From the IMG/VR virus record IMGVR_UViG_3300029951_000019: a stretch of 64,000 nt of DNA. The stretch is one strand, 5' to 3'. Position 1 is the stretch's first letter; every line of letters begins with the position of its first letter. Positions 11,272-21,418 of this stretch are shown here, in pieces. The notes below the pieces were generated by a model. That model made no database searches. It was not told where the DNA came from and saw nothing but the letters and a program-made list of their open reading frames with translations. The stretch is from an uncultured virus (IMG/VR IMGVR_UViG_3300029951_000019) (lineage: Duplodnaviria; Heunggongvirae; Uroviricota; Caudoviricetes). Both the position numbers and the translations under genes were made by a program.

Positions 11272-12763
11272 GGGGTCTCCCCAGCGATGGCAGCCTGCAC
11301 TACGGCCAGCAGTTCGGGCAGTCGGTCCCGCTCCAAGCCGAACTCCAACGACCCGGCGCCCGCGTCCAGGTAGCCGACGAACGGCACGTAGAACAGCACC
11401 TCGTCCGGGTCGTCGGGCATTGGGGTGCAGCGGATCAGGTCAAGGTCATCGGTCATGCGGAGGTCTCCTCTTCAAAAGCGCGGATGGTGGGGCATGGCCA
11501 CGGCACCCGGTCGCCGGTTGGGGACTCGACCTCGCGGACCGTCGGGCAGAAGTACAAGCCGGTCAAAGCCGCACCCACCCGTACCGCTGTCCGGCCAGCG
11601 TCGCCGACATGTCGCCCTGCCCGTTGCCGGGCGGGTCCATCGGCCGCAGGTCCTCACGTCTGCGATCCTCGCCCAGCAGCTCCAGTGCGTCCCGGAGCGA
11701 CGGCAGGCTCACGGAGATCTGTGCGACCTCCTTGGTCGTCGTACTGCCGCCGCCTTCGGTGTAGTCCTCGACGGCCAGGAACGCCGTGTCGCCGACGACG
11801 GACACGGTCAGGACCCGTGCGGGTGGCTTCGCACCGTCAAGGCAGTCGGCGAGCATGATCTGGTGAATGGCCATCAGGACTCCGGAATGTCGGGGACTAT
11901 CGTGACCCGCTGCCTGCTGCGGGCCCTCTCGGTGGCGTACTCGCGGTAGTCGCCCTCGGTGTAGTCGGCAGGCCGGCTGCTAATGGCGTCGCCGAGCATT
12001 CGGTGCAGGGTGATCGCGTCGGCGAGTGGGATCTCGACCGGCATCGAGTACGTCCAGCTGGGTGCGCGGACGTCGACGTCGATGGTCCGCTGGGTGCCGC
12101 TGCCGTGGACAGCAACGACCTCGGTCCAGGTGAGGGCCTCGAAGTCAGCTGGCATCGGGCTCCTCCGCTTTGGCGATCGCGGCCCGTACCCGGTCCGCGG
12201 CGAGCCGGTACGTCACAGCGTGCCGCAGACCGTCCAGGACCCAGCACTCGTCGAGGACCGCCTTCAGCTGCGCCTCGGCCGTGAGGGCACGATGCTGCCA
12301 GTCGGTGGCGGGCGGGGCGTCGGCGACCGTCAAGGCGCCTCACCGCCGCACCGGCAGTCCTCCGCAGCGCCCTGCCCGATCTTGCAGGCGCACGCGGGCG
12401 TCAACGGCGGATCACCCGGGCCGGGGACGAACCCGGCGCAGTTGTCGCAGTCGCCTTCCTGCCACTCGCCGTCTTCCTCGTCGTCGAGGTAGTCGTCTTC
12501 GTCGTACAGCTCGTACTCGGTGCCGGTCTCAGCGTCGGTCACTGGATCTCGACCTTCACGGTGTCGCCGTTGCCGTCCAGGAGCAGCAGCGTGCCGCCCG
12601 CATCGACTTGCTCCGCCAGCCATGCGCACAGGATGACGGACTGGTTGACGGCGTCCGTCGCATTGAGGCCGCCGCGGGCCATGAGTGAGCGCAGGGCCGC
12701 GTCGGACTTCTCGGTGAACGCGATCGTGATGCGGCGGGCGATCGGCGGGGCGGTGTCCTTCAT
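11262..12763 (-). other. Small hypothetical genes (11262-11456, 11563-11874, 11874-12155, 12145-12333, 12330-12542, 12539-12763)
   Basis: Coupled leftward ORFs with RBSs; the last may be RHH-like. Confidence 0.55.
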
Positions 12764-12814
12764 GCGGATCTCCTGAGGGTTGGTGTCGGGGCCGCGCGTG
12801 CAGCCCCGGCGGCT

Positions 12815-12997
12815 CTAGATGCTGCTACTGAACGCCGCGACCGGCACATCGCCCCCGCCCACGGCAGGCCGCAGGACACGCCGCAGCATGACGCCCGGCC
12901 CGGCAGCGGCGAGACCACCCAGCGGGATACGGGCACGGGCCGGCGGGGTCGTGCGGCGCGGCGGGACGGCCGGGACCGGGAGCAGGACGGTGGACAT
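12815..12997 (-). CDS. FxSxx-COOH family peptide (RiPP-precursor-like)
   Basis: GGAGG RBS; RIPLGGLA...LRRVL...VAAFSSSI-stop C-terminus. Confidence 0.65.
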   Translation of the reverse strand: MSTVLLPVPAVPPRRTTPPARARIPLGGLAAAGPGVMLRRVLRPAVGGGDVPVAAFSSSI

Positions 12998-13119
12998 GCG
13001 GGCCTCCGAGTGGGCTGCGAAATATAGCGGTTCATACGGGTTTATTCACTCGATTGTCTCGCGCCAGGCCATGATCCCGGGCGGCTTCGACTTAACCTGA
13101 TGCGTAGACTTCGTGCAGG

Positions 13120-13566
13120 TCAGGTCGTGGATTGGCCCATCTTTGCCGGTGGCCAGTCAGCGACTTGAAACGACGCCAGGCCGAGCCCACGCCAGAGATC
13201 AACAAGGTCGCGTTTGTCTTCGAGGACCAAATCCACATCCCAGTACGGCTCGATCTCCCGTCGGTACAGCTCCTCCTTCACCTCCACGTCCGGCCTGCCG
13301 TCGCCGGGGCTGCGCATCGACAGCTGGTCGTAGTGGATGCCGTTCCAGAACAGCCACTGCTCCGTGGCATATCGGTGCGTGACCTTGAAGCCGCGCCCGG
13401 ACGCGAGCACGATCCCGTAGCCGTCCGCCCGCGCCCAGCCCGCGACCATGTGGACGGCCTCGTTCACCTCGTCCAGGCCGCACAGGTCGGCGTCGTACGG
13501 GGACCGGTCGCCGATCAGGGCGTAGCAGCCGTCGAGGTCGATCTGCAGGGCCTTGGGCAGGCTCAT
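13120..13566 (-). CDS. HAD-superfamily phosphatase of the polynucleotide kinase/3'-phosphatase type
   Basis: DLDG motif I, SGR, MRSPGDGRPDVEVKEELY, LEDK...LWRGLGLASFQVA. Confidence 0.85.
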   Translation of the reverse strand: MSLPKALQIDLDGCYALIGDRSPYDADLCGLDEVNEAVHMVAGWARADGYGIVLASGRGFKVTHRYATEQWLFWNGIHYDQLSMRSPGDGRPDVEVKEELYRREIEPYWDVDLVLEDKRDLVDLWRGLGLASFQVADWPPAKMGQSTT

Positions 13567-13718
13567 CCGAGACCCGTCCCGTTGCACATCCGGCACTCGT
13601 TGCTGCCGCAGCAGTCGTCGCATTCGGTGCCTCCGCAGCCTTCGCCCTCGCAGCCCTCGCACTCGCCGCTGCCGCTGCAGGCCGGGCAGGCGTCCCACGG
13701 GTCCACGCCGGGCTTCAC
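13563..13718 (-). CDS. Cys-rich CxxCxGxG (DnaJ-like zinc finger) mini-protein
   Basis: CPACSGSG, CEGCEGEG and CRMCNGTG repeats; coupled on both sides. Confidence 0.55.
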   Translation of the reverse strand: MKPGVDPWDACPACSGSGECEGCEGEGCGGTECDDCCGSNECRMCNGTGLG

Positions 13719-14374
13719 GCCGCCTCCTCCCAGTACGCCTTCCGGACCCGCCGCAGCCACGCCTCGGCCGCCGCAGTGTCCGGCTCGGCGGGCAGCACAC
13801 CAGGCCGGTCCAGGGCGGCCTCGGCCTTGGCGAGCAGCCGGTCCGCGACCTCCGGCCGTTCCGCGATCTCCTCGCCGAGCCGGCGCACCTCGTCGGGGTC
13901 GGCGAGGCGGATCGTCAACTGGCCTGTCGTGTGCAGCTCCTCCGCCTGGATCAGGAGTCGGACGAGGTGGCGTGCGTGCTTGGCCTGCCGGATACGGGAC
14001 TCCGGGCCATGCGACTTGATCTTGCGGAGCTGCTGGGTGGCATACCCGAGGTACGCGTTGCGGACTCCGGCTGCCGAGCGCAGGCCTTCGCGCAGGCCGA
14101 TCAGCTCCTCGCCGAGCAGCGTCAGGACCTGGTAGTCGTCCAACCAGAGCAGCTCGGAGGCGGTCGGGTTCGAACCCATGATCAGTTTCACGGCTTTCCG
14201 GGCCTCATGGAACGTCGAGTCCGGGTCCGTCGTCACCACCGACTCCGTGACCACGCTCAGGCCGTGCAGCTCGACCGTCGGCACCGCGAACATGCCGAGG
14301 ATGTCGACGTCCGAGCCGGCGTGGTTGAGGCCATAGGCGGTGCTGCCGACGATGCCGGAGAGCAAGACGTTCAT
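13715..14374 (-). CDS. Pol-beta superfamily nucleotidyltransferase (YcgL/RlaP-like)
   Basis: GSTAYGLNHAGSDVD, NPTASELLW, YLGYA and KHARHLVRLL motifs. Confidence 0.85.
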   Translation of the reverse strand: MNVLLSGIVGSTAYGLNHAGSDVDILGMFAVPTVELHGLSVVTESVVTTDPDSTFHEARKAVKLIMGSNPTASELLWLDDYQVLTLLGEELIGLREGLRSAAGVRNAYLGYATQQLRKIKSHGPESRIRQAKHARHLVRLLIQAEELHTTGQLTIRLADPDEVRRLGEEIAERPEVADRLLAKAEAALDRPGVLPAEPDTAAAEAWLRRVRKAYWEEAA

Positions 14375-15279
14375 TCGGCACCGCCGAAGACCTCACGCCG
14401 CGCCTCCGCCACCAGATCCGCACCGCCCTCCCACCGGTCCGCCACGCCCTCCATGAACTGGTCCAGCGCCGCCCGCACCTTCAGCGCCTGCGCGAGCGTC
14501 AGATGGGCGTTGTGGCCCGGAGTGAGGGCACTGTCGCCGACGGCCAGCCACACGCACGGGCCCTTCGCCGCCGACGACTCGTACACCTGCACGTCGTGGC
14601 CGTAGTCCGTCGGGATCGGACCGCCGTAGCCGAGGAACCCGCGGTCGCTCCGCTCGAACGGCTCGGCCAACACCGTCACCGCGGCCCGGTCCTGGACGCC
14701 AGCGAGCGCGTCCGCCCAGTCGGCGCTGGAGTGTTCGTCCATGTGCAGTTCGCGGTGCGTGGTCGCCGAGCTGTCGAGCATCTCCAGGACCTCGGGCGGC
14801 ACCGTGGCGTACGGGGTTGTCTCCGTCCAGGTGCAGGGCGGGAACGGGCAAGTGTGCAGGGTCATCGTGCTGCTCCTTCGGTTGGGCCGCCCGGCTGTGT
14901 GCCGGGCGGCAGTGGTTCAGCGGATCTGCGCGGAGGCGTTGACGGCGACGGCGATCTCCCAGGCGGCTGCGCTGGTCGAGGTGTGCTGGAACATGTCGCC
15001 CTCCTCCTCGGCGCTCCCGGCAACCTCGTCGAGGAGTTCCGCGACGGCCAGCCCGATGCCGGGGTGCATGAACCCGATCCAGTCGCCGTTGGCGCCGTTG
15101 CTCACGGGCTCATCGACCACGTAGATCGGGGCGTCCAGGTCGTGGCCGGGGTCGTGCACGATGCGGTCGCCGTGGTCCATCGACAGCCACGGCGGCGGCG
15201 TGATGCCGGGCGCGGAGGCGAAACGGCGCACGTGCTCAGCGGCGGTGCGCAGGTCGGCGGCAGGGTTCGGGTCGGACAC
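14371..15279 (-). other. Two hypothetical genes (14371-14865, 14917-15279)
   Basis: AAGGAG RBSs, codon bias. Confidence 0.6.
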
Positions 15280-15300
15280 GGTGATCTCCTTCGAGGTGGG

Positions 15301-16779
15301 TCAGCGGATCTGGTCGAGCTCGGCCGTGGTCTCCGCGCCATGCACGCGCTGCAGCGGGAGCTGGACGGTGTCGTCCGGGTCGAACAAGGCGTCGAGGGTC
15401 ACGGTGTCCGGGTCGGGGCCGGGCGGCGGACCGCCGAGGCCGACCTCCACGCCGTCACCGCGGGTACCCCAGCCGGTCTTCAGGCACGTCGCGATGGCAT
15501 ACCAGCGCAGCGCCCGGAGCACGAAGAACGACCACAGCGTCGCGACCGGCGCCAACGCGAACGTCAGCAACTGCGACCAGGCCGGCTCATCGGTACGCCG
15601 GAACGACAGGTAGCGCAGGGACTGCCCGTAGCCGACGAGGACCGGGATCAGGAGCAGCAGCGGGTTGAACGTGAGCGACTCGACGGGCCAGACCACGAAC
15701 AGCACCAGGAAGATCGTGCTCGACAGCGCCATCTGCACCCAGCCGAAGAAGTGACCCCAGTAGGCGTAGCCGTCGAGCTTCAGGTATTTGAACCGCCACC
15801 ATGATCGAATGAAGGCCCCGCGATCCCATCTCAGCATCTGCCGGACGTGATGACTGAGCGTCTCCGGCATGGCCGTGAACGCGAACGCCGACGGCTGCTG
15901 GACGCAGCGACCCCGCTCCAGCGCGTAGATCGTCAGCATGGAATCGTCGGAGAACTCGATACGCCGGCCGAAGAACGACTCGTTCAGGTAGCCGTCGAGG
16001 TTGTCGACGACCAGCGCGGCCCGATAGGCGGCCAGCACACCGGAGTTCACGAGGACCGCGCCCATCGTCGACGCCGCCGACCGGTCCACCAGCTGGCCGG
16101 TGACGAACCACAGGTCCGTGAACCGGGTCAGCAGGTTCTTGCGGTTGTTCTCCGCGAGCACGATCCCCGCCACCGACTGTGCGCGGGCGTCCGCCAGCGG
16201 CTTCAGCAACTCCTCGACTGCGTTGGTCGCGAGGTTCGCATCGGAGTCGACGGTGATGTACACGTCCGTCACATCTGCGGTCGCCCGCACGACATGGCCC
16301 TGGGCCTGCCGCTTGCCGCCGTTCTCGGTCCGCAGCCACGTCGCCTTCACCCCGGCCTGCCGCGCCGTGGTCAGGAACCACGCCTCGATGACGGTGTAGT
16401 CCACGGTGGAGCCGTCGTCGACGACGAACACCCACTGCGGCCGTCGCGACTGGGCCAGGATCGATTCCAGGCACGCCCGGATGTACTCCGGTGCCTCATT
16501 GAACAGCGGAACCGGCACCGTGCAGAACAGCTTGTCGAGTTGCCGGGCCTGACGGGGCGTGACCTTCTTCGGGCGTTCCAGCGAGTACAGGCACACCTGC
16601 CACACCAGGATCACGAACGCGAGAGTGTAGATCGTGGCGAACCGGCCGCCGTGGCCCTGCCACGTCGAGATCGACGAGGCGACGTGCCGGAACGCCCACA
16701 CCGAGACCGCGCCCAGCGTCAGGCCAGCGCCGGTGAGGATGCGCAGGGTGCGGCGGGAAGCGGACAGCGGGGCGTTCAT
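15301..16779 (-). CDS. Processive GT2 glycosyltransferase, hyaluronan synthase/NodC-like, multi-pass membrane
   Basis: DDGS, GKRQA, VDSD, SG, SDDSMLT, QMLRW (QxxRW) and GWGTR motifs; N- and C-terminal TM helices. Confidence 0.88.
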   Translation of the reverse strand: MNAPLSASRRTLRILTGAGLTLGAVSVWAFRHVASSISTWQGHGGRFATIYTLAFVILVWQVCLYSLERPKKVTPRQARQLDKLFCTVPVPLFNEAPEYIRACLESILAQSRRPQWVFVVDDGSTVDYTVIEAWFLTTARQAGVKATWLRTENGGKRQAQGHVVRATADVTDVYITVDSDANLATNAVEELLKPLADARAQSVAGIVLAENNRKNLLTRFTDLWFVTGQLVDRSAASTMGAVLVNSGVLAAYRAALVVDNLDGYLNESFFGRRIEFSDDSMLTIYALERGRCVQQPSAFAFTAMPETLSHHVRQMLRWDRGAFIRSWWRFKYLKLDGYAYWGHFFGWVQMALSSTIFLVLFVVWPVESLTFNPLLLLIPVLVGYGQSLRYLSFRRTDEPAWSQLLTFALAPVATLWSFFVLRALRWYAIATCLKTGWGTRGDGVEVGLGGPPPGPDPDTVTLDALFDPDDTVQLPLQRVHGAETTAELDQIR

Positions 16780-16952
16780 CGGTCGCCCGCAGACTTGCCG
16801 CGACGCCATGCGACCCGGGCCAGGACCGCGCCGAGGGCGACGATGCCGACCGCGAGACCCAGCAGCCACAGCTGCCCGAACGCGATGCCGCCGATCGTGA
16901 CGGTGCCCGCGCCGGTCGCTGCCAGAGTGCCGCGGTTGGAGAAGTAGTTCAC
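16776..16952 (-). CDS. 58-aa membrane peptide coupled to the GT2 gene
   Basis: GTG start with GAAGGA RBS; LAATG + hydrophobic helix + WRRGK; ATGA overlap with GT2. Confidence 0.7.
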   Translation of the reverse strand: MNYFSNRGTLAATGAGTVTIGGIAFGQLWLLGLAVGIVALGAVLARVAWRRGKSAGDR

Positions 16953-17578
16953 GATGATCCTTCGATGGGTGAGGTGCGCTTGGCTAGGTAGCGATCGTGC
17001 TCGCAGGGTCGGCATGCTTTGCTGCCGTCTCGATTGACCCGAATGTTCTCGGGTGTGCGTGCATGGCCTCGCTTGCACGTCGGACTCAAGGAAGTTGTCC
17101 GATTGGCCTGCTGTTCGACACCGGTCGCCCACCGGACGTTCCCCGGTTCGTAGTTCCCGTCGTTGTCGATCCGGTCGATGGTGTGGTTCTTGGAGGGCCG
17201 CTCGCCGACGTCGGCAAGGAACGTCTCGAACGAGTTGCGCCATTGGTCGCACATGGTGATGCCGCGACCGCCGTAGCGGGCCCACGCAGTGTGGTTCTCG
17301 TTGAAGCAGCGCTGCTTGATGCCAACCCAGATGTTGTACTCGGTAGAGTTGGTCCTGCCGTGGGTCGTGCCCATCGCTGCATTGCGTAGCGCGATCTCGC
17401 TCAGAATGCAGCCGCAGGACAGCGTCTTGCCGAGCGACCACACTGCGATCGTCTTCTCGGTCCCGCAGTCGCAGCGCACGGGAATGCGGTGGGTTCCTCG
17501 GTCGTCTCGGAATCGGCCGCCGGTGACGACGAGCCGGCCTGAGCGCTCCCCGTTCGGGATTTCACGCATCTTCGGCAT
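16949..17578 (-). CDS. HNH homing-endonuclease-like protein
   Basis: CDCG...SCGC, YGGRGITMC, TIDRIDNDGNYEPGNVRWAT; C-terminal CKRGH..TPEN..CRPC. Confidence 0.88.
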   Translation of the reverse strand: MPKMREIPNGERSGRLVVTGGRFRDDRGTHRIPVRCDCGTEKTIAVWSLGKTLSCGCILSEIALRNAAMGTTHGRTNSTEYNIWVGIKQRCFNENHTAWARYGGRGITMCDQWRNSFETFLADVGERPSKNHTIDRIDNDGNYEPGNVRWATGVEQQANRTTSLSPTCKRGHARTPENIRVNRDGSKACRPCEHDRYLAKRTSPIEGSS

Positions 17579-17759
17579 GGCCGCTCACCTCCGCGGCGTT
17601 CGTGATGCCGAGCGCCAGACCCCAGAGGGACAGTGCGGCGCCGGCGGTGGAGACGGGTGCGTGAGACACGAGGTTCCTTGATCGGTAGGTGAGTTGGTGA
17701 CGCGGGCTTCGGGCGGTGGTGGCCCAATCCTTCCGGAAGATCGGATCGGGCCAGGATGG

Positions 17760-18581
17760 TCAGGCGCCGGGTTCGGGCGGCGGCGGTTCGCCCATGACGT
17801 CCAGCAGCCGTTCGGGCAGCGAGTTGGGTCCGAGCAGCGGGTTGACGCAGGCGACGTTGCCGTCGAGCCAGCCGAACGGCACCATGCCGTCGACCTCCAG
17901 CCACAGGGCGGTGCGGGCGAGGTCGATCGCGACGGGGTCGATGTCCATGCCGTAGACGCATTCGAACGTGACCATCGGCAGGACCAGCGCGACCAGTTCG
18001 GGCGGTGCGCTGCCGTCGACGGTCAGCCTCGACACGTAGGCCTGCGAGATCTTCCGCGCCGCCTCGACCATGAACACCCCGGCGCCGCACGCCGGATCGA
18101 CCGCCCGCAGCCGCAGAATCTGCTCCGGATCATCGGCTTTCAGGCACTGCCCGATCGCGACGTCCAGTGCGAACCGGGTCATCTCCCGGGCGAGCGGCTG
18201 CGGCGTGTACCAGGAGCCCTGCACGTCCCGCTGCGACGTGCCCGCAGGCTTCGCGACCTCTAGCGTCCGGCCGTCGGTGACCAGGTGCAGGCGCAGCAGC
18301 TGCTGGTTGACGTCACCGAGGTCGTGGATCGTCCAGTCCGTGAGCTTCCCGACCGCATCCAACTCCCGCTCGGCTTCGGCGTCGCTGCAGTACGGCAGTT
18401 CCGGCCGGCGAAGTCCGCGGGCCTCAACCAGGCGGCAGATCAGGGACCTTACGGTGTGCTGGATTGCGTCCTGCCACAGCTGCGGACGGCCGCCGATGTG
18501 GTGGGCGGTCACGACGGCCGCGCGCATCGCCGCATCGACCACAGCGTCGGAGACGCGCACTGGCGTCTTGACGGCGCTCAT
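17760..18581 (-). CDS. N6-adenine DNA methyltransferase-like protein, SAM-binding part only
   Basis: GSWYTP, DPACGAGVF and YGMDIDP present; ORF ends without an NPPY motif. Confidence 0.75.
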   Translation of the reverse strand: MSAVKTPVRVSDAVVDAAMRAAVVTAHHIGGRPQLWQDAIQHTVRSLICRLVEARGLRRPELPYCSDAEAERELDAVGKLTDWTIHDLGDVNQQLLRLHLVTDGRTLEVAKPAGTSQRDVQGSWYTPQPLAREMTRFALDVAIGQCLKADDPEQILRLRAVDPACGAGVFMVEAARKISQAYVSRLTVDGSAPPELVALVLPMVTFECVYGMDIDPVAIDLARTALWLEVDGMVPFGWLDGNVACVNPLLGPNSLPERLLDVMGEPPPPEPGA

Positions 18582-19729
18582 GACGCGTCCGGGGCCGGAT
18601 GGCGGGTGCCGTTCAGCAGCCGGTACAGGTACGGGTCGCGGACACCGAACTCCAACGCCATGGCCTTCACCGACTCGCCAGCCTCCTTGCGTGCGCGGAT
18701 CGCGGCGAGCTGCGAGACGGTGATGCGGGTCCGGGGCTTCGCGCCGTTCGCCCGGCTGCGTTCCCGGGCGTGCGTGCTCGCGGCCTGCGTGCACGGCCCG
18801 CAGCGGCAGGCGTGGTTGGAGTACGTCGACGCCTTCCCGTGCACAAGGTCGCGCTGAGGACGACCCGCGCGTCGCAGCACGGCACCGGTCGCGGGACGGC
18901 GCCTCGACGCCGCTGGAGCGGTTGCCGAGCGGGAGCCGACGCGCCGGTCCGTACCCCAGACCCGGGACGGCTTCTCGCCCTCATGCCACCACAGCAGGAA
19001 CCTCTGCCGCGCCTTGGAAATCAAGACGTTGAACGTTCCACCGGTAACACCGAGGGCGCCCGCGGCCTGCTGGTAGTCGCCGGTCGCAGCGAGGGCTGTC
19101 AGCGCCTCCTGCTGGCGCAGGGTGAGCTGCGGCCAGATCTGGTGCAGGGCCGCGCGCTCGACGACGCCGCGTTCCGGGGACTGCGGCAGGATCGGGTTCC
19201 AGTACATGGCGTAGCGCGGCATGCCGTCGCCGTAGCTGCTTGTGGACCGGCCGTGGGTACGCATGCCGTCCTTGACGAGAGCGTCGGAGGCGGCGATGCC
19301 GACCCAGAACAGGTCACCGCCCGTCGGCGCCACCTCGGCTTGCAGGATGTGCTGGACCAGCGCGAACCAGACGGCGTCGCGGCGTTCCTCGACGTCTCCG
19401 GCGAGGTGCCAGCGGTCGCGCTTGAGGATCGTGTTGGTGAGTCGGTTGAGGTCGTTGAGGGTCCAGTCGTGCATCGGATCTCGGTGGTTGTCGGGTGGGG
19501 CGTCGGGTTGCTGGTCCTCGACGGCTACGGAGAATTCGCCGACGAGGCTGGTTCCGAGCCGGATCTCGCCGCGGTCGCCGTCGAGGGTGACGCCGACCGA
19601 GCGGGATCCGAGGATGGCGCGGGCGTGGTGGTGGACGGCCTCGGCGAGTTGCTCCGGAGTGGCGGCTTCGGTGTGCAGCGGGCGGACGTGCCGGTCGCTG
19701 CCGATGTGGTCGAACGTGATTGTGGGCAT
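18578..19729 (-). CDS. Sigma-70 region-4-like/HTH regulator with zinc motif
   Basis: LTLRQQEAL...YQQAAGALGV HTH; HGKASTYSNHACRCGPC; C-terminal HTH. Confidence 0.6.
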   Translation of the reverse strand: MPTITFDHIGSDRHVRPLHTEAATPEQLAEAVHHHARAILGSRSVGVTLDGDRGEIRLGTSLVGEFSVAVEDQQPDAPPDNHRDPMHDWTLNDLNRLTNTILKRDRWHLAGDVEERRDAVWFALVQHILQAEVAPTGGDLFWVGIAASDALVKDGMRTHGRSTSSYGDGMPRYAMYWNPILPQSPERGVVERAALHQIWPQLTLRQQEALTALAATGDYQQAAGALGVTGGTFNVLISKARQRFLLWWHEGEKPSRVWGTDRRVGSRSATAPAASRRRPATGAVLRRAGRPQRDLVHGKASTYSNHACRCGPCTQAASTHARERSRANGAKPRTRITVSQLAAIRARKEAGESVKAMALEFGVRDPYLYRLLNGTRHPAPDAS

Positions 19730-20873
19730 CAGAACCGCCACCACCCGTCATGCGACGCCGGACACAACGGGTACCCGTCGAGCATCGGCCGCAGCAACGC
19801 CAGGTGCTCCGCGACGGCGTCCGGGGCTTCCGCGCCCCAGTACCCGCTGCCGTCCCAGCGTGCCTCGCATCGCCCGCCGTAGCGCCCGTCGGTGTGCTGG
19901 CGGAGGAACTGGGCGGCGTCGGTCGGCTCCGGGTGCTGGAGGTCCCACAGGGTGCCGATGCAGGCGACCGTGACGCCCTTCTTGCGCCGGAACCAGACGG
20001 CGTTGATCTGGCCGTCGAAGTAGTACGGGTGCTGGCCCTGCGGGCTAGGCGTGCACTTGCCGCGCAGGCTGCCCAGGTCGACGGCGTACGGCTTGCGCGA
20101 GATCAGGAACCGGTCGTCGCGGATCATGACTGCACGGCTTCCCCGCCGGGCCACGTCAGCTGAGCCTGCTGCCGCTCGACCCAGCGGCTCCGCACGACGT
20201 ATCGCCACGGCAGGCCGTCCGGGTCCTCGGGCTTCGCGGTGATGATCCCGGCGAACTCGTGGTCGGGGAACGCCGTGAGAAGGTTCGTCAGGTCGGCTGC
20301 GATCTCGCTGCCGTTGTATGGCGAGGTGATGCGCGGCTCCACGGCGACGGCGGTCGTGGTCGTCGTGCGGCCCGTGTCGCTGTCCTCGTGAGTCTCCTCG
20401 AGGACGAGTTGCACGTCGTGCAGGCCGGGGCCCGAGCGGATCTGCGCCCAGGACAGCGGCGGTGTGATCGTGACGGTGCCGGTTACGCGGGTGGGGCTGG
20501 ACATGAGGGTTGCCTTTCGAGGGTTGATGAGGGGGCGGAGGCGCGGTCAGTTGCCGAGGTCGAGCAGCAGGTTGGAGAGATCGCTGCGGGTGCCGTCGGA
20601 CATGTCGCCGTGCTTGACGACCAGACGCAGCGCCCGAACGGCACCGCGCAACTGCTGGGCCTCGGCGACGGCTTCGGCCGCATGGTCGGCGGCGGGCTTC
20701 CAGCCCTCGGCAACATGCCGCAGGACATAGGCGGCGGCTTCCTTGGACATGCCGGACGATGCCGCTTCGATCACGACACCGCCCGCGTCCTTCTCGCCGG
20801 GCCGGATGATGACGTAGGCGAGAGCATCGGTGCCGTCGACGGCGACCATGGTTACGTTCTCGGGGACGGGCAT
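19729..20873 (-). other. Hypothetical genes (19729-20127, 20124-20504, 20547-20873)
   Basis: Coupled ORFs with RBSs. Confidence 0.6.
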
Positions 20874-20923
20874 TGGGGCTCCTTCGGGGAGTTGACGGAC
20901 GGGAAGGGCTCGGGCCGGACGGT

Positions 20924-21364
20924 TCAGGCGTCGGCTTCGGCCACGGTGATGTTGAACCCGTAGCCGTAGTAGAACGGGTTGCCGCACGATCAGCTCACCG
21001 TCAGTTCCAGCACGTCGCCCATGTCCGCGAAGACATGCCACTGAGTGAAGCCCTCGGTCGTACCCACGCCCGTGATCACGTGGTCGATCAGTTCCGGGTG
21101 CAGCAGGAACGCCTCAAGTTCGGTGTAGGCGCAGCAGTCGTCCGTGTCGACGAGGAACACCCGCTTGCCGCTGTCCAGCGTCAGGGCAGTGCCGGTGGAG
21201 GTGCGCCAGCTGCGGGCGGACTCGGGGACCTGGACGTCCTTCTCGACGCTCACGATCCGGTGGCCGACGACCGCGTTGGCGAGCACGGCGACGTTCTCCG
21301 GCATGGTGCCGTTGTCGTCGTCCTCGTGCAGCGTCTCGGGCTCGTAGTTCAGCTTGTCGGTCAC
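20924..21364 (-). pseudogene. Conserved phage protein with in-frame TGA at 20990-20992
   Basis: Frame continues past TGA as SCGNPFYYGYGFNITVAEADA with normal codon bias. Confidence 0.6.
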
Positions 21365-21418
21365 GGTGTTCTCCCTGGTGGTTGGTTGACGGGATTGGCG
21401 GGACAGGGACGGGAGGCG

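Noticed and set aside
20990..20992. Genome-wide TGA recoding or selenocysteine
   Set aside because: TGA is the normal stop for most genes here; no suppressor or Sec tRNA and no evident SECIS
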